DNA of 64,000 nucleotides from an uncultured Eubacteriales bacterium (GTDB lineage Bacteria; Bacillota; Clostridia; Christensenellales; CAG-314): NCBI GenBank assembly GCA_948938605.1, contig CARAIG010000073.1, positions 6,432 to 70,431 of the forward strand, read 5' to 3'. Shown piece by piece: positions 57,169 to 64,000 of this stretch (position 1 is its first letter; each line of letters starts with the position of its first letter). The notes under the pieces were generated by a model. It saw only the letters and a program-made list of their open reading frames with translations, ran no database searches and was not told where the DNA came from. The position numbers and the translations under genes were made by a program.

Positions 57169-57313
57169 AGTTACTCCTTGTAAAAAAATAATAGCACATA
57201 ATATCCGTTTTGTCTATATTTATCCTTAGGCTAACCGACTAAATAATTTTAACGGAAAATCGTGCCGTGCAAAAGTTTTTTAATTTGCACAATTAAAATA
57301 TTGAGGGAAGTAT

Positions 57314-58147
57314 ATGCCAAGTGAAATTTTTTTAAGGTTTTTCGAAGGTAAGGAAAAAGCCTTAACGTTTAGCTACGACGACGGAGTCGAAGCGGATATA
57401 CGTTTGATGGATTTGTTTAACAAATATGGTTTAAAAGCAACATTTAATCTCAACAGCGGGTTTTTCGATACAAGCGTACACGCCAGGCTAAGCGAAGAAA
57501 AAATGGTAAGCGCGTTTGCGCAAACCAATCACGAAATTGCTGCGCATGGGCACAGGCATATGTCTTTGACGCAATTAAGTACAGTTTGCGGTATAGATGA
57601 AGTTTTTACAAACAAAAAATATTTAGAACAACACTTCGGCAAATTTGTGGAAGGATTTGCTTATCCCTACGGTAAATTTAATAAACAAGTAAAGGCATAT
57701 CTTCCGCTTTTGGGTTTTCAATATGCAAGGACGGCAGTTAAAACGCACAGTTTTAATTTACCCGAAGATTTTATGGAAATTAATCCTACGTCGCATCATA
57801 ACGACGGCGATTTAACGGAATTGGCAAATCTATTTGTCAATACGTATCCGCATCAAAATACAAAAAAACGCAATCCGTATCTGTTTTTTGTATTTGGACA
57901 CAGTTACGAATTTGACGATAACGACAACTGGCACATTATGGAAAATTTTGCCCGAAAAGTTAGTTGTAAACAAGACGTGTGGTATGCAACCAATATCGAA
58001 ATCGTGCGCTATATAAAAGCGTTTAACGGTTTGACGTTTTCGACGGACGGAATGACGGTGTATAACCCGTCTTGTTTGGACGTTTGGTTGGAACATTGCG
58101 GAAACTTGCAGTGCGTGCCGTCGGGGCAAACCGTTAAATTACGGTAA
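57314..58147 (+). CDS. Polysaccharide deacetylase (CE4) family protein
   Basis: LTFSYDDGVEADIRL...KATFNLNSG...HEIAAHGHRH NodB-type motifs. Confidence 0.8.
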   Translation: MPSEIFLRFFEGKEKALTFSYDDGVEADIRLMDLFNKYGLKATFNLNSGFFDTSVHARLSEEKMVSAFAQTNHEIAAHGHRHMSLTQLSTVCGIDEVFTNKKYLEQHFGKFVEGFAYPYGKFNKQVKAYLPLLGFQYARTAVKTHSFNLPEDFMEINPTSHHNDGDLTELANLFVNTYPHQNTKKRNPYLFFVFGHSYEFDDNDNWHIMENFARKVSCKQDVWYATNIEIVRYIKAFNGLTFSTDGMTVYNPSCLDVWLEHCGNLQCVPSGQTVKLR

Positions 58148-58193
58148 CAAAAAATATTTATTAAACAATCCGTTGTAAAAACAGGGAGGCATT

Positions 58194-60221
58194 ATGATTA
58201 AACTTTGTGCATTTGCAGACGAATACAGCAGTAAATTGGACGAGCAAATAGCAGTTTTGAAAAAACACAATATACGGTATATCGAAATCCGCAACGTCGA
58301 CGGCAAAAACGTTGCCGAACTTACCGAACGGGAAGCACGCCAAAGTTTTGAAAAACTCAAAAAATCGGGCATCGAAGTGTGGTCTGTCGGTTCGCCATTA
58401 GGCAAAACGGATATACAATGCAATTTCGACGAATATTTAAAAACTGTCGAACACGTCTGCAAGTTGGCTAACATATTCCAAACGCAACGTGTACGCATTT
58501 TTAGTTTTTTCAATGCTTATCAACAATCGGAAAAAGTTTTCGGGTATCTTAACCGTATGACGGAAGTCGCTCAAAAATTCGGAGTTGTTTTATGTCACGA
58601 AAACGAAAAGGACATTTACGGCGACACGGCGGAACGGGTGCTGGAAATATACAAAAACGTAGCTGGAATAAAATTGGTTTTCGACCCCGCAAACTATATT
58701 CAATGCAATCAAGACGTGTCCGCGGCGTTGGATTTGCTAATGGACAAAACTTGCTATTATCATGTTAAAGATGTAGTGCAAGGTAGCGGGGAATATGTTC
58801 CTGCGGGATTCGGAAGCGGACAATTCAATAAAATCTTAGGCAAAATAGATAAAGACGTCGTAATGACGCTGGAACCGCATCTGGCGGAATTTGACGGCTA
58901 CAACGACATCGACGGCACGGAAATGAAGCACAAATTTGTGTTTGCCGACAAAAAGCAAGCGTTTGAGTTTGCTGTTACATCTTTTAAAAAATATTTGGTA
59001 ACTAACGGATATGTCGAAAAGGACGGTAGTTACCAAAAGGACGAACGTGTAGTAAAGTTCGGCATTATAGGTTTGGGCAATATGGGCTCGGCGCATATCG
59101 AAAACTTTTTTAAGCCTTTTAATATTTCGTGTGCTAAGGTTACGGCTATTGCCGACTTAAAAGAAGACAAAGTAAACCGTATTTGCAAAAAATATCCCGA
59201 CCAAAAGTTTCAAGTATACAAAAGCGGCGAAGAATTAATAGAAAAAGCCGATGTGGACGTTGTTTTGGTGGCAATCCCTCATTACGGACATCCCGCAATG
59301 TGTATCAAAGCTCTTAAAAAGGGTTTGAATGTTATTTGCGAAAAACCCGCCGGTGTCTATACAAAACAAGTTAAGGAAATGATGGAAGTTGCAAAGCAAT
59401 CCAAGGGGTTGTTTACAATGATGTTTAACCAGCGCACAAATTGCGTGTACCGCAAAACGCGCGAATTAATCATGGACGGCAAAATAGGCACAATCAAGCG
59501 CATAAATTGGATTATTACCGATTGGTACCGCGCTCAATGCTACTACGATTCGGGCGATTGGCGCGCAACTTGGGCGGGCGAAGGCGGTGGCGTATTGTGC
59601 AACCAATCTCCGCATCAATTAGATTTACTGCAATGGGTAACGGGACTCATGCCGAACAAGGTTCACGCTTTTTGTCATTTCGGCAAGTGGCACAATATCG
59701 AAGTTGAGGACGATGTTACGGCGTACTTGGAGTATCCTAACGGCGCAACGGGTGTGTTTATTACTTCTACCGGCGATGCTCCGGGAACAAACCGATTTGA
59801 AGTGTTGGGCACAAAAGGCAAAATCGTAATAGAAAAAAATGTTTTAACGCTTACGCTAAACGATGTGGACGAAAGGGTGTTCAATACGGAATATAAAGGC
59901 GGATTCGGTTCGCCCAAAACCACGACAATACAAGTGCAAACGGACGGGCAAAATCCGCAACATATAGGCATATGCCGTAATTTTGCAAATGCGGTATTGG
60001 GCAAGGAACAGCTTTTTGTCGACGGACAGGAAGGGTTAAAGGGTGTCCAACTTATGAACGCAATGTTGCTGTCCACTTGGTTGAATAAAGCCGTCGATTT
60101 ACCTTTTGACGACGATTTGTATTTTGCCGAACTACAAAAGCGCATTGACGGTTCAACTGTAAAAAAACAAGTGGTCGAACAAGTTTTCGATACGACTAAC
60201 AGTTTTAATAAAAATAACTAG
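58194..60221 (+). CDS. Fusion protein: sugar phosphate isomerase/epimerase (xylose-isomerase-like TIM barrel) plus Gfo/Idh/MocA oxidoreductase
   Basis: The N-terminal roughly 270 aa look TIM-barrel-like (IRYIEIR..., LCHENE, EPH). From about aa 290, VKFGIIGLGNMGSAH Rossmann and EKP motifs (ICEKPAG) typical of Gfo/Idh/MocA. Confidence 0.8.
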   Translation: MIKLCAFADEYSSKLDEQIAVLKKHNIRYIEIRNVDGKNVAELTEREARQSFEKLKKSGIEVWSVGSPLGKTDIQCNFDEYLKTVEHVCKLANIFQTQRVRIFSFFNAYQQSEKVFGYLNRMTEVAQKFGVVLCHENEKDIYGDTAERVLEIYKNVAGIKLVFDPANYIQCNQDVSAALDLLMDKTCYYHVKDVVQGSGEYVPAGFGSGQFNKILGKIDKDVVMTLEPHLAEFDGYNDIDGTEMKHKFVFADKKQAFEFAVTSFKKYLVTNGYVEKDGSYQKDERVVKFGIIGLGNMGSAHIENFFKPFNISCAKVTAIADLKEDKVNRICKKYPDQKFQVYKSGEELIEKADVDVVLVAIPHYGHPAMCIKALKKGLNVICEKPAGVYTKQVKEMMEVAKQSKGLFTMMFNQRTNCVYRKTRELIMDGKIGTIKRINWIITDWYRAQCYYDSGDWRATWAGEGGGVLCNQSPHQLDLLQWVTGLMPNKVHAFCHFGKWHNIEVEDDVTAYLEYPNGATGVFITSTGDAPGTNRFEVLGTKGKIVIEKNVLTLTLNDVDERVFNTEYKGGFGSPKTTTIQVQTDGQNPQHIGICRNFANAVLGKEQLFVDGQEGLKGVQLMNAMLLSTWLNKAVDLPFDDDLYFAELQKRIDGSTVKKQVVEQVFDTTNSFNKNN

Positions 60222-60231
60222 GAGATTATAT

Positions 60232-61266
60232 ATGAAAATGACATTTCGCTGGTATGGGGAAAAGGACACCATACCTCTTAACTACATAAAGCAGATACCA
60301 AATATGAGCGGAGTGGTAACTGCTGTTTACGACGTTCCCGTAGGGGAAGTTTGGCAAGAAAGCAAGATTGCCCGCTTAAAGGAACATTGTAACAAGGCGA
60401 ATCTCGAAATGAAAGTAATCGAGAGCGTACCCGTTCACGAGGACATTAAGTTAGGTAAACCCACAAGGGACAAGCTTATTGCCAATTATGCGCAAACAAT
60501 ACGTAACTTAGGCAAATACGGCGTCAAGTGCATTTGCTACAACTTTATGCCGGTGTTTGACTGGTTGCGTACCGACTTAAAAAAAGTTAACCCCGACGGT
60601 TCCACGTGTTTGTGTTACAACCACGACACATTACTTAAACTCGACCCCAAAAATCTGCACTTGCCGGGCTGGGACGAAAGTTATACAACCGACGAATTAA
60701 ACGGATTGTTAAACGAATATAAGGGCATTTCGCATGAACAGCTGTTTGATAACTTAATATACTTCCTTAACGGCATAATGCCCGCCTGTGACGAAACGGG
60801 TATAAACATGGCAATCCACCCCGACGACCCACCATGGGACATGTTCGGTTTGCCCCGTATAATTGTAGACAGCAACAGTTACGACAAACTTTTCAAAGCA
60901 GTACCCAACAAGCATAACGGAATAACCTTTTGCACGGGAAGCTTAGGCGCAGGACGCTTTAACGACTTGCCTACAATGGCAGGCAAGTACTGTAACCGAA
61001 TATTCTTTGCGCATATCCGTCAATTAAAGTATACAAACGATTTAGACTTTGCCGAGGCAGGACATTTAACAAAGAACGGCGACCTGGACATTTACGGCGT
61101 AGTAAAGCAACTTGTTAAAAACGGCTTTGACGGCTATGTCCGTCCCGACCACGGGCGTAACATCTGGGGCGAGGACGGCAAACCGGGTTACGGCTTATAC
61201 GACCGAGCATTAGGGGCTTGTTATCTTAACGGGCTGTTTGAAGCAATTGAGAAGGAGTGTAAATAA
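60232..61266 (+). CDS. uxuA: Mannonate dehydratase
   Basis: MKMTFRWYGEKDTIPL...IESVPVHEDIK... UxuA signature. Confidence 0.95.
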   Translation: MKMTFRWYGEKDTIPLNYIKQIPNMSGVVTAVYDVPVGEVWQESKIARLKEHCNKANLEMKVIESVPVHEDIKLGKPTRDKLIANYAQTIRNLGKYGVKCICYNFMPVFDWLRTDLKKVNPDGSTCLCYNHDTLLKLDPKNLHLPGWDESYTTDELNGLLNEYKGISHEQLFDNLIYFLNGIMPACDETGINMAIHPDDPPWDMFGLPRIIVDSNSYDKLFKAVPNKHNGITFCTGSLGAGRFNDLPTMAGKYCNRIFFAHIRQLKYTNDLDFAEAGHLTKNGDLDIYGVVKQLVKNGFDGYVRPDHGRNIWGEDGKPGYGLYDRALGACYLNGLFEAIEKECK

Positions 61267-61268
61267 TT

Positions 61269-62117
61269 ATGAAATTACCGTTTAAAGTAAATTTAAAAAA
61301 CAAAGTAGCAGTAGTAACGGGTGCAGGGGGAGTAATCTGTTCGCACCTTGCAAAGGTAATTGCCGAATGCGGAGCAAGGGTTGCCTTGTTGGACTTAAAT
61401 AAAGATGCAGCACAAGCGTTCGCCGACGAAATAAATGCTAACGGCGGAACGGCTTTCGCTTACGAAACAAACGTACTTAAAAAGGACAGTTTGGAACAAG
61501 TAAAGGAACAAATCCACAAGGACTTAGGCTTAGTAGATATTTTGGTAAACGGCGCAGGGGGAAACAATCCCCGTGCTACAACGGATAACGAGTATGCCGA
61601 ACTCGACGACGCAAAAAAACAAATTAAAACGTTTTTCGACCTTGATGTAAGCGGAGTTGAATTTGTGTTTAACTTAAACTTTATAGGCACGCTTTTGCCC
61701 AGTCAAGTATTTGCTTCGGACATGGTAGGGCGCAAGGATTGCAGTATATTGAATATATCTTCCATGAACGCATACACACCGTTAACCAAGATACCGGCAT
61801 ACAGTGGAGCAAAAGCGGCGGTAAGCAACTTTACCCAATGGCTTGCGGTACACTTTTCCCACATAGGCATAAGGGTAAACGCCATAGCACCGGGATTCTT
61901 TTCCACTAAGCAAAACGAAAAACTGTTGTGGAATAACGACGGTACGCCGACAGTCCGTACAGGCAAGATACTTTCGGCAACCCCCATGGGACGCTTCGGC
62001 GTAGTGGAGGACTTAACAGGCGCAACACTGTTCCTACTAGACAGCAAAGGCTCCGAATTCGTAACAGGCGTATGCATACCCATTGACGGCGGGTTTAGCG
62101 CATATAGCGGAGTATAA
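61269..62117 (+). CDS. uxuB: SDR-family oxidoreductase (short-chain D-mannonate/fructuronate oxidoreductase-like)
   Basis: VAVVTGAGGVIC, NGAGGN, and YSGAKAA catalytic Y-x3-K. Position next to uxuA. Confidence 0.8.
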   Translation: MKLPFKVNLKNKVAVVTGAGGVICSHLAKVIAECGARVALLDLNKDAAQAFADEINANGGTAFAYETNVLKKDSLEQVKEQIHKDLGLVDILVNGAGGNNPRATTDNEYAELDDAKKQIKTFFDLDVSGVEFVFNLNFIGTLLPSQVFASDMVGRKDCSILNISSMNAYTPLTKIPAYSGAKAAVSNFTQWLAVHFSHIGIRVNAIAPGFFSTKQNEKLLWNNDGTPTVRTGKILSATPMGRFGVVEDLTGATLFLLDSKGSEFVTGVCIPIDGGFSAYSGV

Positions 62118-62186
62118 AAGTATCAAACTTTTTAAAATTGGGTATTGACTTTAACATTTTAGTATGGTACTCTTAAAATACTAAAT

Positions 62187-62200
62187 TGTAAGCGCTTACA
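62187..62200. promoter_or_regulatory. cre / LacI-family operator, perfect palindrome TGTAAGCGCTTACA (site 1)
   Basis: Matches the cre consensus WTGNAANCGNWNNCW, with fully symmetric half-sites. Confidence 0.75.
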
Positions 62201-62281
62201 CAAAGTCGACTTCGGTTCAAGTCCGATTATTGGCAATATTCCGAGTTATTCCATTTTTTCTCCTTACTAAATAACTAAAAT

Positions 62282-62295
62282 TGTAAGCGCTTACA
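62282..62295. promoter_or_regulatory. cre / LacI-family operator, perfect palindrome TGTAAGCGCTTACA (site 2)
   Basis: Identical to site 1, including the flank ctaaa(a)ttgtaagcgcttaca. Lies 95 bp downstream of site 1. Confidence 0.75.
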
Positions 62296-62409
62296 GACGA
62301 ATTTTTTGTGTTACAGTCTAAGTTTGCGGAAGTTACGCAAAAGACTTATTCGGTGTGGCAAAATTAGATTGCGGAATTTGCACATTAACTTAAAGGAGTT
62401 ATAAAGCGT

Positions 62410-64000
62410 ATGAGCAGAAACGTGAAAATGATTTCTATAATAATTTGCGGTGTTATTTTATTTGCATCGCTTTTAGGTGTTTTATGTTTAACAACGGACG
62501 TTTTTGCCGCAGGTGGAATCTACTATTTCGATAGTAGTGCTTCAAACGGCGGTAACGGTTCGTTTTCCTTGCCGTATAACAGCTTAGACAGTATTTCCCG
62601 TCTTACGTTAAAGGGCGGCGACAAAGTTCTGCTAAAAAAGGGGAGTAACTTTTTAGGTCAAATGGTTCTTGACGGAATCGAAGGTCAGGAAGGTAATCCG
62701 GTAGTTTTCGGCACTTACGGCGACAGTAACGATATGCCCCGTATCAACGGAAACGACACAATAGGTCAAGGCGTAGTTTACATAAAAAACTGTCAATGGA
62801 TCGAATTGTCCGGATTTGAAATTTGCGACAGTGCAACTTACGAGGCGGACAGACGCGGTATTTTGGTGGAAGGAACGGGCGACGCCGAATCGGGCGAAGT
62901 CAACGTATATACAGGCATTACTTTGCGTAACTTGTATGTCCACCACATAAAGGGCGTTTTGGATGCGGAAAATGCAGGTATGAGTCTTTCCGCAAAAAGG
63001 ACCGGCGGTATTCACGTTTGGACCGACGGCAATGCGCGTTTTGACAAACTTACCATTACGCAAAACCGAATTAGCGACGTAGACACAATAGGTATCTCTA
63101 CTTGGTACAAGCCCGCAACGGGCGGTGTAGATAAAGTTTCGCCGTACAAGGATGAGGAGTTTGCCCGCGTAGCGCACACTAATGTGGAAATTTCGCACAA
63201 CGACATTTCGTACATAGGCAAAAACGCAATATTCGTGCGCAATTTAATGGGTGGCGTAGTAGAACATAACACAATGTACGAAACGGCTATCAACTGCTAT
63301 TCGGGCAATACAATTTGCACGTCGTACGTTAGGGGAACAATCGTTCAATATAACGAGGGTTATCTTAACCGTGCAAAAGCCCGCGTAACTGCGTCGGGCG
63401 ACACTTTATACCAAGACGGTTGCTTGCTAGACGCCGACTTGGCTAGTCGCGACGTAATTTTCCAATACAATTACAGTCACGACAACGCATTCGGTTTGCT
63501 TATGTGTTGCGAGTCTACCGACCAAGAAAACCCCAAGGGTTCGGCAATAGTACGTTACAATTTGTCGGTAAACGACGGCGGTATCGGTACGGGCGCCATT
63601 GCTTACGTTAACTATGCAGTGGAAGACTTGCAAATATACAACAATACTTTTGTCTGCGGAAAGGACACAAGTCCTACGATTTTAAAATCGAACAAAACGG
63701 GGCGCAATTTTAGTTTCGCAAACAACATTATATACAACCTTTCGTCAAACGCCAAAATCGTTTTCCCGTCGGAGTTTGTAGCCAACGTGTCCATTTCGAA
63801 TAATTTGGTATTTAATGCGGACGGCGCTAAAATCGAAAATATGGACAAGATGATTGCTATGGATGCAAATATTATCCAAAGTAACCCGCAATTCAGTGGC
63901 GAAATTGGCATTTCGGTTGCCGACCGTTGCGGAATGGAAAAGGCGGAAATGTTTCAAGTAAAGGCAACGTCGCCCGCATTGAACAACGGACAAGCAATTA
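62410..64000 (+). CDS. Secreted right-handed beta-helix (pectate-lyase-fold) protein, 3'-truncated by the window end
   Basis: AAAGGAG RBS, signal peptide MISIIICGVILFASLLGVLCLTTDVFA, and repetitive N/G/I-rich beta-helix turns (ISHNDISYIGKNAIFVRN, VEHNTMYE, VQYNEGY, FQYNYSHDN, VRYNLSVNDG, IYNNTF). Open to position 64000. Absent from the ORF track because it has no stop. Confidence 0.75.
   Translation, partial: MSRNVKMISIIICGVILFASLLGVLCLTTDVFAAGGIYYFDSSASNGGNGSFSLPYNSLDSISRLTLKGGDKVLLKKGSNFLGQMVLDGIEGQEGNPVVFGTYGDSNDMPRINGNDTIGQGVVYIKNCQWIELSGFEICDSATYEADRRGILVEGTGDAESGEVNVYTGITLRNLYVHHIKGVLDAENAGMSLSAKRTGGIHVWTDGNARFDKLTITQNRISDVDTIGISTWYKPATGGVDKVSPYKDEEFARVAHTNVEISHNDISYIGKNAIFVRNLMGGVVEHNTMYETAINCYSGNTICTSYVRGTIVQYNEGYLNRAKARVTASGDTLYQDGCLLDADLASRDVIFQYNYSHDNAFGLLMCCESTDQENPKGSAIVRYNLSVNDGGIGTGAIAYVNYAVEDLQIYNNTFVCGKDTSPTILKSNKTGRNFSFANNIIYNLSSNAKIVFPSEFVANVSISNNLVFNADGAKIENMDKMIAMDANIIQSNPQFSGEIGISVADRCGMEKAEMFQVKATSPALNNGQAI

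Noticed and set aside
1-64000. A prophage, IS element or conjugative element explaining the accessory regions.
   Set aside because: I found no integrase, transposase, recombinase, terminase, capsid or relaxase-like ORF on either strand. The only mobile-element-like signals are the non-autonomous repeats described above.

Overview
This is a 64-kb origin-proximal chromosome segment from a low-GC, Firmicutes/Clostridia-like bacterium. That placement is an inference from AddAB, a lipoprotein-type YidC, YyaC, CotH and the AGGAG ribosome-binding sites. I support about 50 protein genes, one tRNA-Pro(CGG) and no rRNA.

Housekeeping genes:
- Replication, translation and membrane insertion: dnaA, rpmH-rnpA-yidD-yidC-jag, mnmE-mnmG-rsmG.
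- Partition and nearby: parA-parB, yyaC, ftsH.
- Repair: addB-addA, uvrC.
- Other: gltX, deoD, pepV-like, radC, mscL, rubrerythrin.
- A complete glucuronate (Ashwell) catabolic cluster at 52.8-62.1 kb (eda, kdgK, uxaC, uxuA, uxuB-like SDR, AraC regulator), followed by a secreted beta-helix protein that runs off the window end.

I found no CRISPR, transposase, integrase or recognisable known defence system. The unusual content is mostly non-coding or architectural:
1. The conserved oriC-proximal gene block is scrambled. dnaA has no dnaN and no visible DnaA-box cluster.
2. Intergenic regions are very long and filled with at least four repeat families. These are a GC-rich mosaic element abutting the dnaA and jag stop codons, a GTACAAGT...ACTTGTAC hairpin family with a conserved CGTTTAAA loop, a roughly 65-nt element found five times on the + strand only, and a 56-bp pair.
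3. Three perfect parS palindromes cluster within 200 bp in a 1.7-kb gene-free tract.
4. An in-frame rpoB fragment sits in intergenic DNA.
5. A GtrA-like membrane protein is fused to a ribosomal L7/L12 C-terminal domain and carries a perfect 78-bp tandem duplication.
6. addB, uvrC and dnaA have apparently leaderless promoter/start geometry.
7. Twin perfect cre/LacI-type operators precede the beta-helix gene.

All functional calls come from reading motifs by eye; no database search was run.
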